DNA of 64,000 bases from Myxococcales bacterium (GTDB taxonomy: Bacteria > Myxococcota_A > Polyangia > Palsa-1104 > JAEUJZ01). The first letter of the stretch is position 1. Each line of letters begins with the position of its first letter. The stretch is from NCBI GenBank assembly GCA_016794365.1, contig JAEUKB010000060.1:30613-94612 (forward strand). Reading direction: 5' to 3'. Under the pieces are notes generated by a model. The model was not told where the DNA came from and searched no databases. It worked only from the letters and a program-made list of their open reading frames with translations. This document shows, piece by piece, positions 46,580 to 55,959 of this stretch. Both the position numbers and the translations under genes were made by a program.

Positions 46580-48340
46580 CTATTTGCTCGGTCGATTGGG
46601 GCCGCCGCCGAGAGACGACTGGCTGGCCTGAATGGTGGCGTTCTGTCCGGCACGGATGGTCTGGCGTGAGACGAACTCCTCGAAGCCGTTTTTGGTGACG
46701 TGGATGGATACCGACCACTCGGGCGCGCCCGTGGCCGAGGTCAGCTCGTGCTGCACTTCGCCGCTGCCAGGCACAATGCCGATGTCCAGAAAGTCAATCG
46801 ACACGCGAGAGCCGGGAAGCGCGCGCACCGTCAGCTTCGCTGGACCTTTGGGTCGCTGCACAGCGGGTAGCGTCGTCGGTGGCAGTGGATTGATTGGGAC
46901 CGTGTTTTGCGGCCACAAGAGCAGCAGCGCCAGCACCGCAACGCCAATGGCCGCACCCGCGAAGATAAAGACCAAGCGCCGAAGCTGTCCGCTGCTCGGT
47001 GGCGGTGCGACTTCATACGCTGGCGGTGCCGTCTGCGAGTATCCACCGGGCTGAATGTGCATCCCGCTGACCATCGGACCGGACATCATGCCCGACTGGC
47101 TCATCGCCATCGGAGCATTGACCATCCCCGACGGGTTCATCGCCATCGGCGCGCCGATCATTCCGCTCTGATGCATTCCCATCGGAGCTTGGACTTGACC
47201 TGGAACGCCGTAAGGACCGGGCTGCATCATCATCTGCGGCGCATAGCCCGGTGCGCCCATTCCCATCGGAATCACTCCCGGCGGAAAGGCTCCGGCGCGC
47301 ATCGACATCGAGGGATCCGCCATCGGTGGCGCGGGCATCACCGGAGCAACGGCTAGCTCTCCGTCGATGGCTTGCGCAAACTCGGTCATCGTCTGGAACC
47401 GGCGCGTGCGCTCTTTGTCCATTGCACGCAGGCAGATGGCTTCCAGATCGGGCGGGACATTGCGACTGCGACGGCTCGGCGGCTCCGGCGCTTCAAACAT
47501 GTGCTTGGTCAGCGTGCCCATGTACGTCTCGGCGTGGAAGGGCACTCGTCCCGTCAGCATTTCGTACAAGATGCAGCCCAGCGCATAGATGTCTACGCGA
47601 TGATCCGGCGTCTCGCCACGCGCTTGCTCGGGCGACATGTATTCGGCGGTACCAAAGATCATGCCGCTTTGGGTCAGTCGTCCGCCGGGACCACCACCGC
47701 CCGATTCCATCGTCGTCATCTTGGCGATGCCGAAGTCGAGGATCTTTACAAAGTCGGACTTGCCCTCTTTTTCGACGAGATAGATGTTTTCCGGCTTGAG
47801 GTCGCGGTGGACGATGCCCTTTTGGTGTGCCGCTGCGAGCGCGCGACAGAGCTGACCCATGATCAGACGAATGCGCTGTACCGTCAGCGCGCCGGATTCG
47901 GCAATGACGTGCGCCAGATCGTGACCTTCCAGAAACTCCATCGTGAAGAAGACAGAGCCGGAAGCTGTCTCGCCGAAGTCGTGGACCTCGACGATGTTTT
48001 CGTGACCAATCCGAGCCGCCGCGCGGGCTTCCTGAATGAAGCGCTGCACCAGATCGGGCTTCGACGCAAAGTCCTGCGACAGGATCTTGATTGCGACCCG
48101 ACGCTCGATCATGACGTGCTCAGCCAGGTACACCGCGCCCATCCCGCCAGCACCGAGCTTCTTGATGATCTTGTACCGATCGTTTAGCAGCATTCCGATG
48201 TACGGATCTTGAACCTCGGCAAGCTGCTTCAGCACCGCAGCTTCGCGCGCATCGAGGGCGCTGCCCGGAGACGAGTCTTTTGCTCCCAGCTTTGCGCCCG
48301 GCTGCGACGATGCGTCGTCGAGTTTGGGGGGATTTGGCAC
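46580..48340 (-). CDS. Ser/Thr protein kinase with Pro/Met/Gly-rich linker, TM segment and C-terminal extracytoplasmic domain
   Basis: 'LGAGGMGAVYLAEH', 'VAIKIL', 'HRDLKPENIYLV', 'DFGIAK', 'SPEQ'. Linker 'PMGMGAPGYAPQMMMQPGPYGVPGQ'. TM 'LVFIFAGAAIGVAVLALLLLW'. Confidence 0.85.
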   Translation of the reverse strand: MPNPPKLDDASSQPGAKLGAKDSSPGSALDAREAAVLKQLAEVQDPYIGMLLNDRYKIIKKLGAGGMGAVYLAEHVMIERRVAIKILSQDFASKPDLVQRFIQEARAAARIGHENIVEVHDFGETASGSVFFTMEFLEGHDLAHVIAESGALTVQRIRLIMGQLCRALAAAHQKGIVHRDLKPENIYLVEKEGKSDFVKILDFGIAKMTTMESGGGGPGGRLTQSGMIFGTAEYMSPEQARGETPDHRVDIYALGCILYEMLTGRVPFHAETYMGTLTKHMFEAPEPPSRRSRNVPPDLEAICLRAMDKERTRRFQTMTEFAQAIDGELAVAPVMPAPPMADPSMSMRAGAFPPGVIPMGMGAPGYAPQMMMQPGPYGVPGQVQAPMGMHQSGMIGAPMAMNPSGMVNAPMAMSQSGMMSGPMVSGMHIQPGGYSQTAPPAYEVAPPPSSGQLRRLVFIFAGAAIGVAVLALLLLWPQNTVPINPLPPTTLPAVQRPKGPAKLTVRALPGSRVSIDFLDIGIVPGSGEVQHELTSATGAPEWSVSIHVTKNGFEEFVSRQTIRAGQNATIQASQSSLGGGPNRPSK

Positions 48341-48439
48341 TGTAGGATTAGGTTATCACAACCGGAATGGAGGAACCATTGCCGAAGCTGTGCAGCGACG
48401 GACGGCATGCTCTACAGAGCGCTACGGCAGGTAGGTTGT

Positions 48440-50185
48440 CTACTTACCGCGTGAAAACGGATCGCGAAGTCCCGTCGGAAGCGAGGCCGGAGAAGACTTG
48501 CCGGTTGGCTTTTTGGAGTCTCCGTTCTTGGGCTTGTCCGTGGCCTTTGCATCGCTCTTTTTGGCATCAGGACGCGACTTGCGAGACGATCCACCGATCT
48601 TTTCGAGCGGCACATCCACGTCCTGATCTTTTTCGGGCTGCATGTCTTCCGCGTACATCTCGAAGCCTTTGCGTCGCAGCTCCAGATGCATCGGCTGACC
48701 TTTTTTCTGCGAGATCCGCAGCGGCGTAATGCCTCGCACTTCCCCATCGACCACAACCTCCGCACCCGGCGGCTTGGTGGTGATCATCAGATAGACCGGG
48801 CCGGACTCGGCGGTCTTGGTTGGCTGCACCGGCTGAATCACCGGATCCACTTTGGTGGTGATCGGCTTCGGCGGGATCGGCGGCGGCACCGTTGGCTTTT
48901 GCTGCTCTTGGAACAGCAGGAAATACAAAAGGAGCCCAATCACCGCGACCAGCACCACGGCGACGCCAATCAGCACCGGCTTGAGCCCTTTGCCCGAGTC
49001 TACAGCCGAGCTTTTCCCTGTTGGACGCGGCGAGCTGGTTGCTCCCATCGCCTGTGGAAACTGCGCAATCGGCTGCGGAAACATGCCCGGCTGAACGCCC
49101 ATCGCAGGAACCATCGGCTGCTGAAAGCTGGGCTGCGACGGATAGCTCGGCATCTGCGGTGCCGGAACCTGGCCACTGGTTGGCGCTGGCGGACTGACCA
49201 TGCCGGGATCGTCGATGACGATCCGTCCGCCTTTCATCTCTTGTTCGACTTGGGTGAGCGCCTGCTCTAGCTCTTTCATCGACGGGAAGCGCGCTTCCGG
49301 CTTTTTGGCCATCGCGCGAATCACCACTGCGTCGAGTGATGCAGGAATCTTCAGCTCTGGCTTGCGCTTCCGAGGCGGAATGACTGGCTCGAAGACGTGC
49401 TTGGTCAGCGTCTGCGCCGGGCGATCCCCGAGGAACGGCACCACGCCGGTCAGCATCTCGTACATGATGCAGCCCGTCGCGTACTGGTCAACGCGGTGAT
49501 CGGTTTCCTGTCCGGTTGCTTGCTCCGGCGACATGTATTCCGGCGTCCCGAGCACCATTCCGACCTGCGTCAGCTTTTGGCCCGAGCCCACCTTGGCGAT
49601 GCCGAAGTCCACGATCTTGACGAAGTCTTTTTGCCCCTCTCGCTCGAGGAGAAAGATGTTTTCCGGCTTGAGATCGCGGTGGACGATGCCCTTTTGGTGC
49701 GCGGCGTTCAGTCCTCGTCCCATCTGCGCCGCGATCGTGCAGACCCGAGCCGGCTCGAGCGGTCCTTCCTGGATCGCCTGCGCCAGCGTCTGGCCTTGCA
49801 AAAACTCCATGACAAAGTAGGCATGACCGTCGGGAAGAACGCCGAAGTCGGTGATGTCTACGATGTTGCTGTGACCGATCTTCGACGCCGACTTGGCTTC
49901 CTGAATGAAGCGCTGCACCGCCGCTGTGTCCTGGGCTGCTTCTTTGCGCAGGATCTTGATCGCAACCGGCTTGTCGATAAGAACGTGGCGCGCCTTGTAG
50001 ACAACGCCCATGCCACCTTCACCGAGCCTCGATTCGATGGCGTAGCGACCATCAATCGTGGTGCCAAGCAGCGGATCAGCCTCGACCTCTTTGGCTGCCG
50101 AGGTGTTTGGCAACGGGGACCCATCCCGTGGGCAAAACTCAAGCACGTCCGGGTACTTGATCTGACACTGGGGACAAGTCTTCAC
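48440..50185 (-). CDS. Ser/Thr protein kinase with N-terminal zinc-ribbon, TM segment and C-terminal PEGA-like domain
   Basis: 'MKTCPQCQIKYPDVLEFCPRDG' (C-x2-C...C-x4-D ribbon). 'LGEGGMGVVYKARH', 'VAIKIL', 'HRDLKPENIFLL', 'DFGIAK'. TM 'VLIGVAVVLVAVIGLLLYFLLF'. PEGA-like 'ITTKPPGAEVVVDGEVRGITPLRI'. Confidence 0.85.
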   Translation of the reverse strand: MKTCPQCQIKYPDVLEFCPRDGSPLPNTSAAKEVEADPLLGTTIDGRYAIESRLGEGGMGVVYKARHVLIDKPVAIKILRKEAAQDTAAVQRFIQEAKSASKIGHSNIVDITDFGVLPDGHAYFVMEFLQGQTLAQAIQEGPLEPARVCTIAAQMGRGLNAAHQKGIVHRDLKPENIFLLEREGQKDFVKIVDFGIAKVGSGQKLTQVGMVLGTPEYMSPEQATGQETDHRVDQYATGCIMYEMLTGVVPFLGDRPAQTLTKHVFEPVIPPRKRKPELKIPASLDAVVIRAMAKKPEARFPSMKELEQALTQVEQEMKGGRIVIDDPGMVSPPAPTSGQVPAPQMPSYPSQPSFQQPMVPAMGVQPGMFPQPIAQFPQAMGATSSPRPTGKSSAVDSGKGLKPVLIGVAVVLVAVIGLLLYFLLFQEQQKPTVPPPIPPKPITTKVDPVIQPVQPTKTAESGPVYLMITTKPPGAEVVVDGEVRGITPLRISQKKGQPMHLELRRKGFEMYAEDMQPEKDQDVDVPLEKIGGSSRKSRPDAKKSDAKATDKPKNGDSKKPTGKSSPASLPTGLRDPFSRGK

Positions 50186-50357
50186 AGCCGCCCAAGCTTA
50201 CCTTTCTTCGCCATCTACGGTCAATTGGCCAAGCTGAGCGACTTTGCATTCCTCCGCTTGGCGCTGCGCTGACTCGGCAAACTGTCCGGATTTGCACAGC
50301 AATTCGTTGCGACCACGCGCAGCCCGTCGCTTTGCTTCCATCGCGTAACCGAGTTCG

Positions 50358-51857
50358 TTATTCGAGCCCGCGTGCGCGCAGCTCGTCATCGTCTTCACCG
50401 CGCAGGTGTCCCAGCTCATGCATCAGCGTGGTTCGTACCTGTGCGCGCAGCTCGTCGCGTGTCGTCACGATCCGCAGCAGGTTTTTGCGATACAGCACAA
50501 TCGAGCGCGGCTCACTGTCCGGCATTCCCAGCGGCAGCCCGCGAAACAGGCCAACAATCGTCGGTGACAGCGTCGGTTGATCAGCGGTCAGATCGCTCAG
50601 GTCGGGCAGATCGGTCAGCTCCAGCCGCACCAGCTTCAGGTCAGACCGCAGCGGAGCAGGCAGCGCTTGGATCTCTTGATCGACCAGCGCCGAAAACTCT
50701 CTCATCGACACCGGAAGTGGCTCGGGAAAGTCGCTCGGTGCCAGCTTGCGTGCGGTCGCTAGCTCGCGCTCGGCAGTCGGACCGTCGCCCAGCATTTCCA
50801 GCACCAAGCCAAGCTGATGATGCGCCCAAGCATCGTCGGGAACTCGTCGGGTAAGCTCTGCAAACGTCCGCTGCGCGTCTTTGAGCCGACACAGGTCGAA
50901 CAGCACCAGCCCACGCTCGTAGCGCGCTTGATCGCTGTCGGTCAGCGCGATCGCTTCCTCGAGCGGTGTCAGCGCCTGCGCAGCCCGTCCCAGATCGCTC
51001 AGCGCCTGACCTTCCAGCAGCAGCAGCCGAGACAAGATCGACCGATCTTCAACGGCTTTGATCGCTTGACGCTGTGGTCTTTCCGAGTGACCAAGCGAAC
51101 CTTGACTGCGCGGACTGGACGCTTTGGGACTGCTCGGTAGCGACGGCTGCGGACGCTTTTTGTGAAAATCCCCGGCTCGGCTTCGTCGCAGGACCGCTTT
51201 GGCATGCCGCACATAGGCCAGACCAATCAGCGTGTGGTCCGACGTGGGCGTCAGGTGATGAATGTACAGCTCTGCCGCGCCGAGCAGCGTCTCGGGATCG
51301 TCGGGATCGATCGCCAGCGCGTGGGTCATGGCCTGCTTGGCGTCGTCTTTTTGTCCCAGCCCAAGCAGCGCCAGCGCGCGGTTGTGATGCGCTTCCACCG
51401 ACTCTTCCTGCTGGCGCAGCGACTCTTCGGCACAGGCGAGCGCTTCTTGATATAGACGCTCCGGTGTGCTGGAACGGTCTTTGTCCTGACAGACGCGCTG
51501 CTGCTGACCAGCCTGCTCGATTCGATCGGCTGCGCGGTGAATCAGCTCATCGATCGAGCGATGCGGCGACAGCGCGGTATCTTCGGCAAAGCAGCGACGC
51601 AGCACCGCTGGCGATTTGTGATCGTCGTGCGCCAAGCCTTTGTCATGCGCTCCGTCGGAAGATGCAGCGGCTTTCTGGTCTGTTTTGCAGTCAGACGCAG
51701 CGACGCTTACTGTCGGTGATGCTGGATCTTTCGATGCAGAACCCGACGATACAGCGGGACTGGGCGCGCCGGACTTGCGACACGCCCCGATCGGCGACAA
51801 CGACACCGCCAGCAGCAGCGGCAACACGGAATGCAAACGAGTGCGCAACGCCGCCAT
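50358..51857 (-). CDS. Lipoprotein with TPR repeats fused to a C-terminal Zincin_1 (DUF1025)-like HExxH metallopeptidase-family domain
   Basis: 'MAALRTRLHSVLPLLLAVSLSPIGACRKS' lipobox. TPR units ('HNRALALLGLGQKDDAKQAMTHALAIDPDD', 'ARYERGLVLFDLCRLKDAQRTFAELTR', 'AWAHHQLGLVLEMLGDG'). C-terminus 'TTLMHELGHLRGEDDDELRARGLE' matches the metal-binding HE.GH..G.DDD.L...G signature. Confidence 0.6.
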   Translation of the reverse strand: MAALRTRLHSVLPLLLAVSLSPIGACRKSGAPSPAVSSGSASKDPASPTVSVAASDCKTDQKAAASSDGAHDKGLAHDDHKSPAVLRRCFAEDTALSPHRSIDELIHRAADRIEQAGQQQRVCQDKDRSSTPERLYQEALACAEESLRQQEESVEAHHNRALALLGLGQKDDAKQAMTHALAIDPDDPETLLGAAELYIHHLTPTSDHTLIGLAYVRHAKAVLRRSRAGDFHKKRPQPSLPSSPKASSPRSQGSLGHSERPQRQAIKAVEDRSILSRLLLLEGQALSDLGRAAQALTPLEEAIALTDSDQARYERGLVLFDLCRLKDAQRTFAELTRRVPDDAWAHHQLGLVLEMLGDGPTAERELATARKLAPSDFPEPLPVSMREFSALVDQEIQALPAPLRSDLKLVRLELTDLPDLSDLTADQPTLSPTIVGLFRGLPLGMPDSEPRSIVLYRKNLLRIVTTRDELRAQVRTTLMHELGHLRGEDDDELRARGLE

Positions 51858-51979
51858 TATTGCAAAAACCGCCTGAGCGACAAATGTCGGGACTGGCTCA
51901 CTCGCGCTTTTGTGTGGCTTCGGCTCGGCGGCTGCGCGTCTCGGCTTGAGTCAGACGGCTCGTCGCGCATAATCCGCAT

Positions 51980-53161
51980 ATGCTGCTTCGTTTTTTCTTT
52001 CGACTGCGAGAGGTCGGACTGCCCGTGTCTTTGACCGAATATCTGACGCTGCTCGAAGCGCTGAAGCAGCGGGTCGTGTCGGGCAGCGTCGATGACTTCT
52101 ATTTTTTGTCGCGCTCGTGTCTGGTGAAAGATGAACGGCACCTTGATCGCTTCGATCGCGTCTTTGGCGAGACGTTTTCGGGTCTGGAGTCGCTGGCCGA
52201 TCCGCAGACGGGCGCAGCAATTCCCGAGGAGTGGCTTCGCAAGCTGGCAGAAAAGCTGCTGTCCCCCGAGGAAATGGAGCAGATCAAAGCGCTCGGTGGC
52301 TTCGACAAGCTGATGGAACGACTCGCGGAGCTGCTCAAGGAACAGCACGAGCGACACCAAGGTGGAAATCGCTTCATCGGCACGGCGGGCACGTCGCCGT
52401 TTGGTGCGCATGGCTATAACCCAGAAGGGGTACGGATTGGTCAGGATCGCTCGCGTCATCGTCGAGCCGTGAAGGTCTGGGACAAGCGTGAGTTTAAGAA
52501 TCTCGACGATGACATTGAGCTAGGGACGCGCAACATCCAGATCGCGCTGCGACGGCTGAGACGGTTTGCCCGACAAGGTGCTGCGACGGAGCTGGATCTG
52601 CCAGGAACGATCGCTGCGACGGCGGAAAATGCCGGTTTTTTGGACTTACAGCTTGTTCCCGAGCGACACAACACCGTCAAAGTGTTGCTGCTGCTCGATA
52701 TTGGCGGGTCGATGGATGATCACATTCAGACCTGCGCCGAGCTGTTTTCGGCTGCGCGCAGCGAGTTCAAGCACCTCGTCCACTACTACTTCCATAACTG
52801 TGTCTATGAGTCGTTATGGAAAGACAACGTCCGTCGCAGTGCAGAGCGGACACCGACGCATGATGTGATGCGAACGTATCCCGACGATTACAAGCTGATC
52901 TTCGTCGGGGATGCCGCAATGAGCCCGTATGAGATTGTCCAGCGTGGCGGCAGCGTCGAGCACTGGAACGAAGAAGCGGGCGTGGTGTGGATGCAGCGTC
53001 TGTTAGATACCTATCCGCATGCGGTGTGGCTCAATCCGCTTCCCGAGGCTGCGTGGCAACACTATCAGTCGGTGGAGATGATGCGATCGCTGCTTCACGG
53101 TCGGATGTTTCCGCTGACGCTACACGGGCTCGATGCGGCGATTCGCGAGCTGAGCCATTAG
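51980..53161 (+). CDS. VWA domain protein, CoxE-like
   Basis: 393 aa. 'VKVLLLLDIGGSMDDH' (MIDAS DxSxS-like). Length and organisation resemble CoxE/VWA_CoxE proteins. The overlapping minus ORF 51857-52459 is rejected. Confidence 0.7.
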   Translation: MLLRFFFRLREVGLPVSLTEYLTLLEALKQRVVSGSVDDFYFLSRSCLVKDERHLDRFDRVFGETFSGLESLADPQTGAAIPEEWLRKLAEKLLSPEEMEQIKALGGFDKLMERLAELLKEQHERHQGGNRFIGTAGTSPFGAHGYNPEGVRIGQDRSRHRRAVKVWDKREFKNLDDDIELGTRNIQIALRRLRRFARQGAATELDLPGTIAATAENAGFLDLQLVPERHNTVKVLLLLDIGGSMDDHIQTCAELFSAARSEFKHLVHYYFHNCVYESLWKDNVRRSAERTPTHDVMRTYPDDYKLIFVGDAAMSPYEIVQRGGSVEHWNEEAGVVWMQRLLDTYPHAVWLNPLPEAAWQHYQSVEMMRSLLHGRMFPLTLHGLDAAIRELSH

Positions 53162-53172
53162 CCACAGAAGCG

Positions 53173-53688
53173 TTACGGACGCGGCAAGGTGCAGGTTCCG
53201 GGCGTGCTGTAGCAAGCGCTTCCGACGCAGTAGCCGCTACAGTCACGGCTGGTTGTACAGGACTTGCGCAGGCACTGGCCCGCGTCGCAGCGGAAGTCGG
53301 TCGGGCAGTCGGTGGCGGCGGTGCAGCTTTTGGGCTCACAGCGGTGACTTGTGCCGCAGCGCTGGCCTTCGCTGCACTCTGTGTCAGCGGAACAGCCCTT
53401 CATGCACACCGTTTCGCTGCTGCACAGACAGAGCGTCGGGCTGCTGGCGCAGATGTAGGATGATCCGAGTGCGCTACAGTCCGCGTCGCTGCGACAGATC
53501 TCGGATGGAAGTGGGCGACGACAGATTCCGCAGCCAGCAAATGCGCCTGGAGACAGACACGGACCTTCGGCGGGCTGGCACTCTTGCTCGACGGCGCAGC
53601 GTCCCATTGGGATGGGCTTTCCCGGGGCATCGCAGCCGCTCGCGAGCAGAAACAGGCTCAGCACTGACCAGACACAGGTTCGGAACAT
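53173..53688 (-). CDS. Cys-rich repeat lipoprotein (Myxococcus cysteine-rich-repeat type)
   Basis: 'MFRTCVWSVLSLFLLASGCDAP' lipobox. About 30 Cys in ~150 aa arranged in repeats 'C.S..DC....C....C' ('CTAATDCPTDFRCDAGQC', 'CTTSRDCSGYCVGSAC'). Confidence 0.6.
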   Translation of the reverse strand: MFRTCVWSVLSLFLLASGCDAPGKPIPMGRCAVEQECQPAEGPCLSPGAFAGCGICRRPLPSEICRSDADCSALGSSYICASSPTLCLCSSETVCMKGCSADTECSEGQRCGTSHRCEPKSCTAATDCPTDFRCDAGQCLRKSCTTSRDCSGYCVGSACYSTPGTCTLPRP

Positions 53689-53862
53689 CGGAAGCTCCTT
53701 CGGGTGGATGGATCTTCATTATCGGTCTGTGGCGACGGTTGGAGCTTCCGCTACACCAGCTTTTTGTCCCGTCGGAAAAATCGCGTCGAAAGGCAGTCAT
53801 TCCGACGGAGCGTCGCTCACGGGAAAATTTCGCGAAACTGTGCTTAATTCGTAACCACATTC

Positions 53863-55920
53863 ATGCAAGAAAGTCCGTCTTCTCTGCCTGCTTCTGGCAG
53901 GTCCCCGACGGGAAATCCTTCGAGTCGCTCACTCGGTGGTGCCCCGTCTCCCAGCACGTCTGGTTCCTTTCAACCCCAAGCCCACGCGCCCAGCCACGGT
54001 CCCAAGATCGAAAACACCCGTGACCTGATCAAGGTGTCGCTGGCTGCACTCGGAGTGGTCTACGGAGACATCGGTACGTCGCCGCTCTACGCATTCAAGG
54101 AATGTTTCTCTGGCGAGCACGGCGTTCCCGTCGATAACGCCAACGTGTTTGGCATCCTGTCGCTGATCTTCTGGTCACTGACGCTGGTGGTGGTCTTTAA
54201 GTACATGACCTACATCATGCGGGCCGATAACCACGGCGAAGGAGGCATCCTGTCGCTGCTCGCCGTGCTGGCACCGCGTGGCAACGTCGATAAGCGAGCC
54301 GTCGGTCGGCTGTCGCTGGTGATGCTGGGTCTGTTCGGGGCCGCGCTGCTATATGGCGACGGAATCATCACGCCGGTGATCTCGGTGTATTCGGCGGTGG
54401 AAGGCGTTCAGGTCTACGCACCGACGCTGGGTCACGGATCCTGGGCTGTTTCTACCGCGAGCCTGGTTCCGCCGCTGACCGCATCGATCTTGGTGGTCCT
54501 GTTTTTTATGCAAAAGCGTGGCACTGCGGGTGTCGGTGCGCTGTTTGGCCCGGTGATGCTGGTCTGGTTCATCAGCATTGCGCTGTTTGGCATCATCGGA
54601 ATCTTCAAAAATCCGTACATCCTGTCGGCGGTGAATCCGGTTCACGCGATTCGCTTTTTCGCGCACCACAAGCTGCATGGCTTTTTGGCGCTGGGCGCTG
54701 TGGTGCTGTGTGTAACCGGAGGTGAGGCCCTGTACGCCGATATGGGACACTTCGGTCAGCGCTCGATTCGGCTGGCGTGGTACTCGCTTGTGTTTCCGGC
54801 GCTGCTGCTCAACTACTTCGGTCAGGGCGCGTATCTGCTGGCGCACGGCAAAGGCAGCGGCATGTTCAATCCGTTCTTCCAGATCGTGCCGTCGATTTTG
54901 CGCGCACCGATGGTGTTGGTTGCGACGATGGCAACGATTGTGGCGTCGCAAGCACTCATCTCGGGTGGGTTTTCGTTGACGCGGCAGGCGGTGCAGCTTG
55001 GCTACTGGCCGCGTGTCGCAATCGTTCACACCTCGGGCGATGCAGAAGGTCAGATTTACGTGCCCGAGATCAACTGGGCGATGATGGTTGGCTGTCTGGC
55101 GCTGGTGCTCGCGTTCCGCAAAGAAGGCTCTGGCGGACTGGCGGCGGCATACGGCATCGCGGTGACGGGCACGATGGCGATTACCTCGATCCTGTTTGGT
55201 GTCGTCGCACACGAGCGCTGGGGTTGGAGCTGGTTCAAGATCAGCGGCCTGGTGGGACTGTTTCTGCTGATTGATCTATCGTTCTTCGGAGCAAACGTCG
55301 CCAAGATTGCCGACGGTGGCTGGATTCCTCTCGTCGTCGCGGTCGGCATCTTCATCATCATGACGACGTGGAAAGCTGGGCGCGCTGCGCTGGAACAGTT
55401 CGTCCAGAGCGCGAGCCTGCCGATGGATCTGTTCCTGGGTGACCTACAAGAGCGAGGCATGCCGCGCGTCAAGGGCACCGCCGTGTTTATGACCGGCAAT
55501 CCCGAAGGTGCGCCTGTCGTGCTGCTCCATCACATCAAGCACAACAAAGCGCTGCACGAGCAGGTTGTGCTGCTGTCGGTGCTGACCGATCGCGTGCCAG
55601 AGGTTCCTCCGTCGCGTCGCGTCAGCGTCAAAGAGCTGGGCCAAGGCTTCTTCCAGGTGATTGCTCACTACGGCTTTATGCAGAGCCCGAATGTGCCCGA
55701 CGTGATCCGTCGCTGCAAAGACGCGGGCCTGAAGACCGCCGAAGGGGACATCAGCTACTTCCTCGGTCGAGAGACGCTGCTCACGACGGGAAAGAGCGGG
55801 CTCGCGCGCTGGCGCAAGACGCTGTTTGGCTATCTGTCGCGCAATGCACGGACCGCGACGTCGTTCTTCGGGATTCCGCCGAACCGCGTGGTGGAAATGG
55901 GCGCGCAGATCGAGCTGTAA
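53863..55920 (+). CDS. kup: KUP/HAK/KT potassium uptake transporter
   Basis: 'LAALGVVYGDIGTSPLYAF' family signature. 12 TM. C-terminal cytoplasmic domain. The Ser/Pro-rich ~50-aa N-extension may not be translated. Confidence 0.9.
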   Translation: MQESPSSLPASGRSPTGNPSSRSLGGAPSPSTSGSFQPQAHAPSHGPKIENTRDLIKVSLAALGVVYGDIGTSPLYAFKECFSGEHGVPVDNANVFGILSLIFWSLTLVVVFKYMTYIMRADNHGEGGILSLLAVLAPRGNVDKRAVGRLSLVMLGLFGAALLYGDGIITPVISVYSAVEGVQVYAPTLGHGSWAVSTASLVPPLTASILVVLFFMQKRGTAGVGALFGPVMLVWFISIALFGIIGIFKNPYILSAVNPVHAIRFFAHHKLHGFLALGAVVLCVTGGEALYADMGHFGQRSIRLAWYSLVFPALLLNYFGQGAYLLAHGKGSGMFNPFFQIVPSILRAPMVLVATMATIVASQALISGGFSLTRQAVQLGYWPRVAIVHTSGDAEGQIYVPEINWAMMVGCLALVLAFRKEGSGGLAAAYGIAVTGTMAITSILFGVVAHERWGWSWFKISGLVGLFLLIDLSFFGANVAKIADGGWIPLVVAVGIFIIMTTWKAGRAALEQFVQSASLPMDLFLGDLQERGMPRVKGTAVFMTGNPEGAPVVLLHHIKHNKALHEQVVLLSVLTDRVPEVPPSRRVSVKELGQGFFQVIAHYGFMQSPNVPDVIRRCKDAGLKTAEGDISYFLGRETLLTTGKSGLARWRKTLFGYLSRNARTATSFFGIPPNRVVEMGAQIEL

Positions 55921-55959
55921 AAAAGGACGCGCTTCACGCAGTAGCGCTTGATTCGGCTG

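Noticed and set aside
47372-50272. Plus-strand ORFs of 271 and 291 aa
   Set aside because: Antisense to the two canonical Ser/Thr kinase genes.
51857-52459. 200-aa minus-strand ORF
   Set aside because: Overlaps the N-terminal half of the well-supported CoxE-like VWA gene on the opposite strand. Arg-rich, no motifs.
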